Assembly (NCBI GenBank): GCA_013265495.1
Contig: MU058103.1
Span: forward strand, 752,870-816,869
Direction of reading: 5' to 3'
Length of the DNA: 64,000 bases
Source of the DNA: Vicugna vicugna
Taxonomy: Eukaryota
Numbering within the stretch: the stretch's first letter is position 1; each line of letters opens with the position of its first letter. The position numbers were made by a program, and so were the translations under genes. This document shows, piece after piece, positions 26,111-38,930 of this stretch. Below the pieces are notes generated by a model. It was not told the DNA's origin. It worked only from the letters and a program-made list of their open reading frames with translations, and made no database searches.

Positions 26111-27141
26111 AAAATTAAAATTAAATCTTATTTTCTTGTGCGTGGACTTCCATAGAGGTTGAATGCATCATTTTTGACACAGGAATCCTGTCTATTTTAC
26201 CTTTCCACATATGACCCCCTCACTTCAGTGCTGCGCCAATAATAGTGAATCTGGATTAATCAACCACTCACCCTTTGTGAGTAAATCAAAATTGTATGGT
26301 CTCATACATGTTGATGTATTTATCATTTTCTGATTATCATTTGGTGTTTCCTGCAGAATGAGCTCTGTGGGCTAGTTGGAATACTCTATAGAATTTTAGA
26401 TTTCCTATTGGCTCACTTACAGGTGAATTTAGCACTGGGAAGCACTGAGTTCTTACAGAGGAAATGAAGGCCCATATACTATCAACTAGAACAACAGGAA
26501 ACCATAGACCCACCACCCACTGTCTTCCTTCACCCTTGGTGGAAAGGAGTTTTACAAGTCCTCTCATACTTTCTCTTGGCTTCTCCTGGGCTGAAGCTAA
26601 TTGCATGAGTCATTTTACTCTAATTCTAGAAAGTGCTGGAGGCCCATGGATGCTTCTGTGGGTTTCTTCCCAACAGTATATATGTGTCATGCCTACTGAT
26701 GCAGCAGCTCTGTGTTAAAAAATGTAGGATTGTCTTTGTAGAATCTCTCATTGCTACCTGTCTGAGAAGGACCAGCTTCCTGCTATCTCTCTCCCCAGAG
26801 CTGTTATGTGAAAATCAGGTGTTTATTCTGGAGAATTTATTCTAGGTGTTTAAGTTGGGAAATAATTTATTCCCTACTTAGAACCCAGTCAGAGATGGAG
26901 TGATGAATTTTAAGTAGTATTACCTTAACAATTTTTCTTTCTTAAAGACGCCTACTAAAGAAATCAGAAAATTATCCTCAGTGGGTAATTTTTACTGAGT
27001 CTTCTCTTAAAAGTTACTTAACAACGAACTAAAATATAAGAAATATTCACTAAAACGTTGTTACCTATAAATTTACTTATGCATTTTAATGCCAAGTTGG
27101 GGAAATATATATAATTTTATAAACAAGGACACTAACAATTA

Positions 27142-27162
27142 TGTGTGTGTGTGTGTGTGTGT
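27142..27162. repeat. (TG)10 microsatellite
   Basis: Read directly. Confidence 0.9.
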
Positions 27163-27619
27163 AGCAACTTATGTGCTAGTCTACTATTAATAAAAGTTTG
27201 GCAGAACACAAGGAAAACAGGTTTAAATAAGTCATAGAAAAAATAAATCATTTAAAATAATCAAATATCTTACAACTATTTTAAATTATTTCTTAATGTA
27301 ATATTGTGAACACAAATGCTTTACAGTCTCTACCTTTACAGATGAGAAAGCTAAGGTCTTGAGCATTTAAGTGGTTTTCTTGATGGTAAGTTTTGGTTGA
27401 GCAGAAAAATGTCACTTCAGCCATATCTACTGCATCTCTTGAAAAACTTATTGATGAATTACTCAACAATTGAAATTTTGTAGATAGTTGTCAAACTTAC
27501 TTTGCTAAATCAAAACTTTTTGGTCTTTGATTAGTCTGTATTATAAATGCAAATGCATTTTTGAGGCTACAAACATCATCTTTATCTCTCAAAGAGGTGG
27601 TATTTGTTGGGCTGGAAAG

Positions 27620-28140
27620 TATTACTTGATGCTCCTCACTCTCTAATCATGACTCTATCACTTATTGGCTGTGTGACATCGGAAGATCCCCGTAGTGTCA
27701 CTGATCTTCACCATTCTTCTCTAAAAAATGGGATTCTTCATTCCTTAACTACTTTATTTCCCATCTACTCCCTGACAGTGTTGTAAAGCACAAATGAACA
27801 TGGTACATGGATGTTTACTGATAATATTCAGACAGTATATAAGGCATAAGGCATCCTTACCATGTCTTTGCTTCACTGAGCTCAGTAGCTCACTGTGGAC
27901 TAGTGAGGTAAACACAGGTTTTAGAAATAGATTATCCCAGGTTAGAATTCTTGCTTTGACATCCAGTGGCTCTGTGTCCTCAGGGAGGCATTTAACTTTC
28001 TGAGCCTCATTTACTTCATCTGTGAAATGGCTACTTTGACCTGACAGGACCATGGTGAGAAGGATGCTTGGTTTGGAAATATGTTCCAATCCCTTGAGGT
28101 TGATTAACATGGGAACTGAAAGAAAATCTATAACTACTGT
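27620..28140 (+). mobile_element. Two adjacent MIR SINEs (about 27620-27800 and 27890-28140)
   Basis: cacttattggctgtgtgac..ctaaaaaatggga; tttaactttctgagcctcatttacttcatctgtgaaatgg. Confidence 0.7.
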
Positions 28141-28884
28141 CACTTCTTCTCTTTCATTCTATTTTTTCAAGCATAGCAAATCATACCCAGGCTTACAGCA
28201 ATAACCAGCCTCAAGAGACTTAACCGTATTTCTTACCTTATAAGGTAGCTGAATTATCCTTTGAAAACAAAGACCACTTCACCACCAGGTGCTGGCGTCT
28301 TAGTTGTCACCATGACGTTATACCACTTCCCAAACCATAGCTCATTAGCATTTAGTTATAACATTTGAGAGAATCTTTACATCACCTGCCATTGTGGGGG
28401 AAAATATATAAAGTTAAAAGGAATATAGTGAAGGATTCAAAGTGTCATTTTTGGTGGCTGCAATAGGTACAGCTGGATGAATAGATTGCCAATTAGAATA
28501 TCTGTAAGTGAAGAAATAAACCACCATCACCACCAACAACAACAATAGCAAATAACTCCTGTATCATCTGCCATAACAAACTCATAGCTCTCTCACTGAA
28601 TATTTGATGTAGACAGTTAGCAGAATTAATTTGCATTACTCAAAGGAGATCAAAGGGGCTGAGTTGCATTATTTACATGTCAGCTGCCCTTATTTTCTAT
28701 TAAAATTATAAATGATTCCTCTTCTTAGACGAACTTAAATGAGAACTATCTTAGAAAAAAGTCACTACTATGTGCATGTGTAACTCTATCTTAAAGGAAC
28801 TTCACCATTTTCCTGTGCCCGTCTAGATATGAAAGATGGTAACAGTTGTGTGACGGCACTTAAGCTAAGGTGCAGCGTGAGAGA

Positions 28885-29079
28885 CATCTCTCTGATGGGA
28901 AAGGGATAATACACAGTTGACATTCTGGGATGAGACTATTTTTCTCCTTGAAGGACTTGCCAGCACACGGAAGGATGTTTAGCAACCCTGCCTTCAGTGC
29001 TTTGAGACAACTATAAAATACTGCCTACGTTTCTAAACACTATCTAGGGGGTGTTAGGGTCCCTAGTTGAGGACTACTG
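28885..29079. mobile_element. MER20-like hAT-Charlie MITE
   Basis: ttgacattctggga..aggatgtttagcaaccctg..gacaactataaa..ccctagttgaggactactg. Confidence 0.7.
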
Positions 29080-29084
29080 AGATA

Positions 29085-29670
29085 AAGCAGTAAGGGCTTA
29101 CCTGGACACTAAGAGCCAATCGTTAGAATCTGAAGGAGCTGGATTTGACCCTTGGCCACATGCAGTAATTGGCTTCATAATCTTGGTCATTTAACCTCCC
29201 TGAACCTCAGTTTTATCTGCAGGATGGAGATAGTATTGTCTTCTTGGAGGATTAATAAATTAATGTTGACAAAGCTTTTACAATTCTTGGTATGTAAGAA
29301 GTGCTCACTTAAAGGGTAGCTAATTTGTATAGACTTGGACAAATGTATGTTAGTAAAATTTCATATTGGCTTGAGGGGTAAAAACAGGTAGCTAGTGCAG
29401 TCAATAGTGATGGTGGTAGTAATCATGGAAGAAACAGTGCTGGTGATAATTGTGGTACACAAAGGAGAAGCAGTAGGTCAGGGATTTAAGATGCTACCTG
29501 TGGTACCAGCCATGCTGCCTGAGTTGGAATTCCAGTGCCACTGGGTTGTAGCTATGTTATTCAGGCCAATTCTTTATACTCCCTATGTTTAAGTTTCCTT
29601 ATGTGAAATGAAGACAATAATAGCGCATAACTTAATAGCTTGTTGTAAAAAATAAATAAGTGTAAATGCT
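29085..29670 (+). mobile_element. Two MIR SINEs (about 29085-29325 and 29480-29670)
   Basis: tttaacctccctgaacctcagtttt; aagtttccttatgtgaaatgaagacaataatag. Confidence 0.7.
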
Positions 29671-30904
29671 CAAAGTGAATCAGTTTTAGAGAGGCCTGGG
29701 GATTCAGTGGAGACAGAAGGAGAGGAATGGGTCACTTGACTCTCACTTCCAAAATTTGGAGCCATATTAGTTTCTGTTGCTTCTGTCCTACTGGCTCCAC
29801 GGTCAAGTAGTTAACTAGTCACTTCCTCAATAGCAGATATGTCAGGATGGCCCAACTGAAGATGCTATGGTTTTCTCTAGTAATTAGATCCAGCTCAAAC
29901 AGTCTTCACTTACAGGAGAGTTTAGTATTTAAGATGTACTTGAGATTCTAGGCAAGGTAATGAGTTCTTAGTACACCAAACAGCCATGATTATAACAAGA
30001 TCTTCTCTAAAATGTGGGCCAACCGTGTGAAGCCTACAGAGAGAATTTGTGTGAATTCCTAAAGGGGAAAGAATGAAGCTGTTAATATTTCAGCTTCAAC
30101 ACACCCACAGATACCTGCATTTCCATCCTTAAAGAAAAGAAATTGTTAGAATGTTTGTAATGTTAACCACCTCAGGACTAATAAAGTATGTAAATCACTT
30201 TGATGAATGGTAGTTACTTGCTAATTTTGCCTTCTGAGCATAAAAGGTTATATGTTTTGTTTTGATTTTCTGTATAATTCTCAAAGTTCATGTTCCAGTA
30301 TGAATTTTAAAAGCAACTGGGAATTGATTTTACAAAGGAGGATTTAGGCTGTTACCTGATTATTTCACACTAAATTTGCAACATCTCATAAATGTGTTGT
30401 TGGTGATCGCCATATTATGTTGCTGCTCAGAAAATATAATTGTTAACAGATAGAGATGTGGTGTCCTAGAATCCATAGGGTTTCTTTTAATACCAGGGGA
30501 GTTATCTTTACGGCATGATGATGCATATTTCAAAAGGGTGATTTTATTCCTGTTCATATTCCATTCATTTATTTATTGAGTGACTATCTGATTTAGGCCA
30601 CATGACGCCTAGCCTAGCCATGTTGAAGATATGGACATAAATAAGAATATTTATGCCCACAAAGTAATTTGGAAGAATCATACTGGGGAAAAAGCAAGAG
30701 AAAGGAAACAACAGAGGGGAGGGAGTGTTAAAAGATGAAGTCAGATAGAATAGAGACGGTGATCTCTTAACATAGGTCTTGAAACATTGTTTGTATAAGT
30801 AACTCAGAAAAAGTAGGAAATTTAAAAATTAAGATCTACTCTGTCTAGCCTTATTTACCCATACACATCTAGCCTCATGAAACAACATACCCTGAGCACT
30901 GTTT

Positions 30905-31155
30905 AGTAAGGATATGGGAAGAGCTAGCCTTAGCAGATCCACAGGCAATGGTCCAGTTCGTCCTGGGCACACTCTAGCTGCAGGGCCTTGGGCGAGTTAC
31001 TGTGCTTTCCTTAGCTCCAGTTTCTTTATCTCCGAAGTGGAGAAGGAAAAACACATACCTCTTAGGGTTGTTGTGAAGATTAAATGTAGTAATTCCTATA
31101 AGAGAGAGTGACAATAAAAAGTCATTTTAAAATAATTTAATAATTGTTAGCTATA
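30905..31155 (+). mobile_element. MIR SINE
   Basis: ccttgggcgagttact..cagtttctttatct..tagggttgttgtgaagattaaatg. Confidence 0.85.
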
Positions 31156-32616
31156 ATGATCTTACGGCTGTCGTTTTGTTCTACTTTGTATTCCATAATG
31201 AATACATTCTTCTTCCACTTTTAAATGATTAGTTACTGTATTTTGCTTGTTTGAAATGCTGGTGCTTCCTTATTTCTATCTTTTGAAATTCAGAGTCTTA
31301 AAATGTTACCTCTTCTTCAACACATTTTTAGATTTATTTCAAATGTATCTATGCAAAACAATTACTTGAGACTATTCCTCTTTTTCTTCCCCAAAACACT
31401 GTCTGTTAAGGACCAGCGTGCCTCTTATTACTCAACATAGTGCCTCAATACGAAATGCTAGTTGGAAAACTGACCCTCAATTCTAATTTGTTGAAAAAAA
31501 TGAGCCGTAGACAGATAGTTGTTGAATTCTGTTCATTCGAATTTTGTACATTCTGCATTTTCATGCATTATACATCAGGACCCTCTAAACCTTTTTTTCT
31601 GTCTCAACTTCTGACTACAGCAGTTTAGGAAGAAGACTTCAATCGGTCCAGCAATGGCTTCACCAATAAACCAGCAGTTCAGTTTACATGCATCACCACC
31701 CCTGCTTGTAAAGCAATATCCATTTGTGGAAATATTTTAGTATTTCATTCACTTTGCCTTTATGACTTTACATAAATGGATGGAACAGATAAAAGTGAAA
31801 CTTCCGAGGCTGGTGAAGAGAAGCATAGGTTTCGTAAACTCAATGCAATTAAGGCAAGATGGAGATCATTAGGCTTGCTTCAACTTCAGCCTCTACCAGG
31901 CACTCGCTGGCCTTAAGCCCAATCAACTGTGTGTTCAATTACAAAGGAAAGGGATTAAACTAAATTGTAAAACGCCAGAAATATAACATTAAACAATGTG
32001 CCTAAAAGATGAACTGCCAATAGAGGTTTTGTAATTGGTTTGAGCAAATTGGGAATGGAACACCTATTAAAATCTGTACATCTTTTGGTTGACTTGTGAA
32101 CATTTATCATAATAGGAAAGTTAAAGATGGCCTAATATTTTATTCCTTTTCATAAAACAAATTAAAGTGATATAAACTTTAAACTGACAATATTTAAAGA
32201 TATAAATAATACATTGCATCCTTATATTTTACTCCCCCTCATATTATTCTAACACTATGTCAGCCTCACTAATTTTATAAAGAAATTTTAGAGTTGGTAA
32301 AATTGTTTCACAAACCATTTTCCTCTGTTCTAAGTGTATCTTAGTTCTGGATAGAAAGATAAATAAAACCAGAAACTTTTAATTTAACAGAGATTATAGT
32401 TACTAACTCAAATCTCATTTGAATTTTATTTTCAGTTACATGGTTATTATCAGTGAATTCAGTATCTATGTATTTCTGCAGCACCTTTTTTTACAACTAA
32501 TATGCATATCCTAATAAAAAAGTTCTAGACTGTCCTTGGAAGAGCGTTGGATTTTATTCATAAATTTTGCCATTCAAAAGCATACATTATCTAACAAGGT
32601 AGCTGTTTTATGGTCA

Positions 32617-32787
32617 AGTAGTTCTTTATCTATTTTAAAGTGAATGTGAATCGCTTGGGAATGTTTTTTGAGTGTAGATTCTGATTTAATACATCTGGGG
32701 TGAAGCCCGAGATTCTGCATTTCTAAGGAGTTCTCCGATGGTGTTGCTGCTGTTGGCAATGATATAGACCATACATCAACAGCAACT
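32617..32787. mobile_element. MER5A-like MITE
   Basis: agattctgatttaatacatctggggtgaagcccgagattctgcatttctaa..gtgttgctgctg. Confidence 0.8.
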
Positions 32788-32874
32788 CGATAGAGCGCTG
32801 AATACAGAGTCAGAAAAATCGGCTTCAAACAATACATTTACAAACTGTAGAAACTAGAATAAGTTACACCCACC

Positions 32875-33010
32875 CACTTTCCAACTCCACTGTTATTACC
32901 CTAGTCCAAGACATCCTCATTTCTCAACTGTTGCATAACCTCTTCACAGTTTTCTCAGCATCTGAACTTGCCTCTGTCCAGTCTACTGCCCACACTACCA
33001 TAAAAGTAAA
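32875..33010 (+). mobile_element. L2, left half of an element split by an L1
   Basis: accctagtccaagacatcctcatttctc..ccagtctactgcccacact. Confidence 0.7.
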
Positions 33011-33019
33011 AATGTTTCC

Positions 33020-36000
33020 CATTTTATTTTTTATTGAAGTACAGTTGACGTACAATATTTTATTAGTTCCAGGTGTACAACATAGCCACATATTTACATA
33101 CATTACACGTTGATCACCACAGTAAGTCTAACAACCATCTGTCAGCACACAATAGGTGTTGTACAGATTAGTTACATTATTGACTATATTTCTATACTGT
33201 ACTTTACATTCCTTGACTTACATATCTTATAGCTGGAATTTTGTACCTCTTGAACCACTTCACCTATTTCACCCAAACTTCCACCTCCCTACCCTCTGAA
33301 GACCACCAGTTTGTATCTATGAGTCTTCTTCTTTATCCATTAATCTATCAATGGATACGTAGGTTGCTTCTGTATCTATGCTATTGTAAACAATACTGCT
33401 GTGAATATAGAGGTATACGTATCTTTTTGAATTAGATATTTTTCTTTCTTCAGATAAATACCCAGAAGTAGAATTGCTGAATCATATGATAGTTTTATTT
33501 TTAATTTTTTTGGAAAAATCTCCATACTGTTTTCCACAGGAATTGCACCAATTTACATTCTCACCAAAAGTGCATGAAGGTTCCCTTTGCTCTACCTCCT
33601 CATCAACACTTATTATTTGTTGTCTTTTTATGATATCCATTTGACAGATGTAGTGTCTCATTGTGGTTTTGATTTGCATTTCCCTGATAAACAGTGACAT
33701 TGAGCATCTTTCTATGTGTCTGTTGACCATCTTTCTAGGTGTCTGTTGACCATCTCTATGTCTTTCTTGGAAAAATGTCTATTCAGGTCCTCTGCCCATT
33801 CTTTAGTTGATTTGTTTGTAGGATTTCTTTTATTGAATTGTCTGAGTTCCTAAAGTATTTTGGATATTAACCCCTTTTCAGATAAATCATCTACAAATAT
33901 CTTCTCCTATTCAGTATTTTCTCTTTTTGTTGATGATTTTCTTCACTGTGTGAAACATTTTCAGTTTGATATAGTGCCATTTGTTTATTTTTGCTTTTGT
34001 CACCCTTTCCTGAGGCAACAGACTAAAAAAAATCACTATGATGATGTCAGAGAACATACTGCTTATGTTTTATTCTAGTCTTACATTTAAGTATTTAATC
34101 CACGTTGAGTTTATTTTTTATATGGCATAAGCACATGATCCACTCTCACTCTTTTTCATGTAACTACCTGGTTTGCTCAACACCATTTATTGAAGAAACA
34201 GTCATCCCCATTATATATTCTTGGCCCTTTTGTTATAAATCAATTGGCTATTAAGTGTGGGTTTATTTCTGAACTCTATTTTGTTTCATTGATCTCTTTG
34301 TTTGTGCTTATGCCAGTACCATATAGTTTTGATTACTATAGCCTTCTACTATAGTTTGAAATCAGGGAGCATGATACCAAAACCTTTTTAAAATCTTTCT
34401 TAAGAGTTCTGTGGATGTTCGTGTTTCTTTCTGGTTGCAAACAAATCTTAGGGTTCTTTGTTCCAGTTCTGTGAAAATGTCACTTTTGATCTTTTGATAG
34501 GAATTGTGTTGAATCTTTAGATTGCCTTGGGTAATATGGTTTAACATCAAGTTTTCTTATCCATGAGCACAGTATATCTTTCTACTTGTTTGTGTCATCT
34601 TCAGGTTTTTTTTCATAAAATGTTTTATTGTTTTCAGAGTAAAGGTCTTTCACTTCTTTTACTAAATTTATTGCAAGGTATCGTATTCTTTTTGATTCAG
34701 TTATCAATGAGACTGTTTTCTTAATTTCTCTTTCTGATCTTTTTTTTTTTTTTAAACAGTTTTTCTCTCCTTCAATTCTGAATGGTTTCCTTTCTGGGTA
34801 GAGTATCTTGGTTTTAAGTTTTTGTTTTCTTTCAGCACTTTGAACATAGTATGCCCGGTTCCTTCTGGTCTGAAAAGTTTCTGTTGAAAAATTAGCTTAT
34901 AGTTTTATGGGGCTCCCACATATTAACTAGTTTAAAACATAACTAGTTTTTCTCTTGCTGCTTTTAGGATTCTCTCTTTTTCACTTTTGACATTTTAATC
35001 CTAATGTGCCTTGGTGTGATTCTGTTGGGGTTCATCTTCTTTGGGATTCTTTGTGATTCCTGGATTTGGATGTATGTTTCTTTTCCCAGTTTATGGAGTT
35101 TTTGGCCATTATTTCTTCAAATAGGTTTTCTGTTCCTTTTATTTTTCTGCTCTTTTGGGGACCCAAATAATGTGAATGTTACTATGCTTAGTGTTGTTCC
35201 AGGGGTCCCTTAAACTATACTCATTTTGTAAAATTCTTGTTTCTTTTTGCTGTTCCGTTTGGGTGACTCTTCCACTGCCCTGCCTTCCATATCAGTGATG
35301 TATTCTTCCGCATCCTCTCTAATCTGCTATCTGCTGTTGATTACTGTTAGTTTACTGTTCATTTCAGTTACTGTATTCTTCAGATCTGATTATTACTTTA
35401 TGTTTTATATTTCTTTTTTGTAGTTCTCACTTAGTTCCTTCTGATTTTGATGAGTGTCTTTATGATTATCTCGTTGAACTTTTTACCTGGTAAATTGTTT
35501 ATTTCCATTTGGTTTGTCATTCATCTAAGTTTTTGCTTTGTTCTTTTATTCAGAAGGTATTATTTTGTCTCATTTTGCCTAATTCTCTGTGTTTGTTTCT
35601 ACATATTGGGTACATCAGCTATGTCTTCTGGTCTTGAAAAAATGGCCTTAAATAGAGATTATCCTATTGGATCCAGTGGTGCAATGATCCCTAGTCCCTA
35701 GAGCCAGATGCCCCAGAGATGTCTCCTGTGTTGGTTGCAAGTTCCCTCCTGCTGTGATTGGACTTTGATTGGTGCATGAGTGGGTGATGTTTGCCCCCAG
35801 GCCAGTTGGCTGTGAGACCTAGCTCTGCCACTGCTTAGGGAACACTGGTGTGCAGGGTCGGTTCCTCTGAAGGGGAGCTTTTTTGGAGGGGCACTGCTGT
35901 GTACAGAAGAGTGGGAGCCACTTTGTAGGGGCCAGCCAGTATGAGCAGATTGGGCAGGGCAGGTCCTCAGGGGAATTCTGGATTGAGACACATGATTTTA

Positions 36001-36674
36001 GCTAGATTGATGGAGAGTGACAGAAATGGCATCTTCTAGCACTGGGACAACTAGCTGGAAGAGGAGTAAAAAAAAAATGTGGTGTCCTCCAATGCTTCCG
36101 TCCCTGGAGAACGTTCTACCATATCCCTGCCCCTCTGGCACATACCCTAAAGTTAGTCAATGAATCATCTTCTTGAATGACTCAGCCACTTTCCAAGCTG
36201 CTGCCTCTGTGCTGGGACTGGGAGTGAGTGAGTTTGTACACGACTCCTTCAAGAGCAGTCTCAGTTTCCCACAGCCCTGCAGCTCTCCCAGACATTAGAC
36301 CTCCTGACTTTCAAAGCCAAGCATGATTATGGATGTTCTTCTGCCTGGTGTAGGTCCCCTGGGCTGGTCAGCTCACTGTGGAGCTTGAACCCCTTGCTCC
36401 TTAGCAGGGATCTCCATGGTTGTTGAGATATCCCTCCTGCTTGTGGGTCACCCCACTGGGGCTGTGGGTTCTGACGAGACTACATCTCTGTCCCCCCATT
36501 TCTATCTCAATGTAGTCTTTTCTTCATGTCCCTAGTTGTAGAAAATCTGTTCTGCTTGTCTTCAGGTCTTTCTCAGAAATAGTTGTTCTGTGGGTATTTG
36601 TGGTTCTGGCGTGTGTATCAGTGGAAGGAGGTAAGCTCAGGATCTTCCTCCTCCACCATCTTGATTGGGACTCC
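33020..36674 (-). mobile_element. L1 (L1MA-era) retaining 5'UTR, most of ORF1 and ORF2 C-terminus/3'UTR, with a large internal deletion
   Basis: T-rich tail at about 33022. ORF2 remnants (..ERCSMSLFIREMQIKTTMRH..) run to about 34740, ORF1 antisense to about 35650, and a GC-richer 5'UTR ends ccaccatcttgattgggactcc. Confidence 0.9.
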
Positions 36675-37100
36675 AAAATAATATTTTTTAAAACCCGAAT
36701 CTACCCTATCATCACTACCTAAACTTCCCTTAACAGCTTCGAGTGACTCTCCTCAAAGACAAAGTTGCAAATTATTAACATAACTCTTTAAACACCCAGG
36801 GAGGCCCTGCCTGTCTCTCTCACTTCATCCACCTCTCCATTTCCATTGTTCATTAGACTTTACCTACATGAGCTTTTCCTTTGGTTAAGTGTGATCCCTA
36901 CAGCAGCAGAAATGTATAAACTGGATATTCGTTAGAAATGCAAATTCTCAGATGCCACTTCTGAAACTCTCTCCCACAGGATAGAAACCCTGCTATAAAG
37001 GCAGGGACTATGGATTTTCTTTCTCTCTGATTCTGCAGCACTCAAAACACTGCCTGGCATATTATAGGTTCCCAATAAAAAAAGTTTTCAATGAATGAGA
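36675..37100 (+). mobile_element. L2, right half, with a MER5 fragment at about 36885-36965
   Basis: tttaaaacccgaatct..ggccctgcctgtctctc..cactgcctggcatattataggttcccaataaa..aatgaatga. Confidence 0.7.
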
Positions 37101-38699
37101 GAATAAATCATTGTAACTTCTTTATTATTCATTTCTTTATCTGTAAAATAGACAAAATATTACTTTTCTCTCAGGTTACTTCATATTCAGTGGCATATGT
37201 AAAAGTAGAAATTGGATTTCAAAAGCAGTTTTTCAAAATGATGTCTAAACTATTTGTTTTTATTTAAAACAGACGATTACTATTCACAATGCTGTTCATT
37301 AATTCACTCACTCACATGTATAATATTGGATGTTTGCTAACACTATTGCCTCTACTTGGAATATTTCCCCCTTAATTTTAGTACTAGCCGGTGCACATTC
37401 TGAAAGCCTTTACTGATTGCATCTGCTTTCTTCTAGCTTCTGGTTTATCTTAAACTTTCCTCTTTCAAAGCACTTATAACATTTAAAAATAATAAGTGCT
37501 TTTTTACTTCAAATGTAATGTAGGTTTATCATAGAAAATATTAAAAAAATACTCCTAAGTAAAACAAAAACCTTAGTCCTGCTGCAGTCATGAGCTTTCA
37601 TGATTACATAACCTCTCAAGCTCTTACATACCCTTTAAATTGCAAAAATTGCTGTAGTTTAGATAAATTTATCTAGCAATTCCAAATTATGTAGGTAAGA
37701 ATTTTTATCATATTAGTCAGTTGATACTGTGTCCTATTAGCATAAATTTTCTTAACATATTATAGAAGAGTGTATTTAACTAAATGCTTTTTTAAGTGTC
37801 TTTTTAAGAAGTAATAAAACAGCACAAGTCATTTGGATGTAAAATTGTATTGAATTTAGGTAACAGAGCAAGGACTGAGTTCTGTAAGAACATTTGATCT
37901 GCAGTAGATTTCCTGTGTATTCTCGGAGCCACTTTCAGCTATACTCCCAAGGGAACATCTGAATGCACACAGCTACTTCCTCTTGCTATTGTAGAACCAA
38001 TTAAATTAATTTGTTGGATATAACATTGTCTACAGCTCGCACTGCACTAGATTAGATTCTCTCTGAATCTTCCTGGGTTTCACGCTGTAATGTGTATAGC
38101 ACTTTGAATTTTAGTGGCAAGAACTGCAGTTTTTCTTTGCTTATATAAAAAAATGGATAGTGATGGCTCCCAAGAAATAGAGCTTTCTCAGAAAACTGCA
38201 TTTACTTTGGGAGACTGCTGCCTATATTTCCTGACACTTTATTGTCATTTAGGATAGGAAGACATTGAGAGAATGCAGAGATTATTTTGCATTATGTGTA
38301 TATCTCTAACATAGAGAATTTTTCCAGCGTCCATCAGGGAGAAAAAATTTCTGTGGAGAGACAAGACAGTACATAGTGGGATAAAGAATTATAGTTGGAT
38401 AGAAGAATCTAATTAAGCTTTGTGCACTGTGTGTTGTAATGCCAGATTCATCAGTTCACTAAATGAACATTTATCAGCACTACTTTAAAACAGGTCTTAC
38501 AGAAAATAAATAAGATTTTTAGAATATATTTATAAAGAAGCATGTATGTATTTCTTTAAAAGAATATAAATATATACTTATGTATAAGTTCATTATAAGT
38601 ATATATTTTAATATATGTAAATTATATATATATATTTAAAGAAAGAAGACAATACGAATCATTTGGATATAAAATTGCAATTTCTGGGTTCACTGTGTA

Positions 38700-38930
38700 T
38701 GCGGATGAATAAGGAGAGAAAAATGTAAGGAGAAGGGCAGTTGGGGGCTGGGTTGAATAATTCTGAGACTAGAATATTTCTTTTGAGATGAGGAACCGTA
38801 GTAGTGTAAGAGTGAACGGTTAGCGAGGATCAGATAGTTCAGGGCCTTCTTAAACACAGTATAGAGTTTCAACATTTTGTCGTAGGCAACAGGGAAGTGT
38901 TGTAGAGTTTGTCACCCAGGATGCTGTCAC
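38700..38930 (-). mobile_element. L2 relic
   Basis: cagatagttcagggccttct..gagtttcaacattttgtcgtaggcaacagggaag. Confidence 0.6.

Noticed and set aside
27754..28143. 129-aa minus-strand ORF (similarly 63521-63889)
   Set aside because: Largely MIR-derived (HFTDEVNEAQKVK is the MIR core translation), with a non-ATG start.
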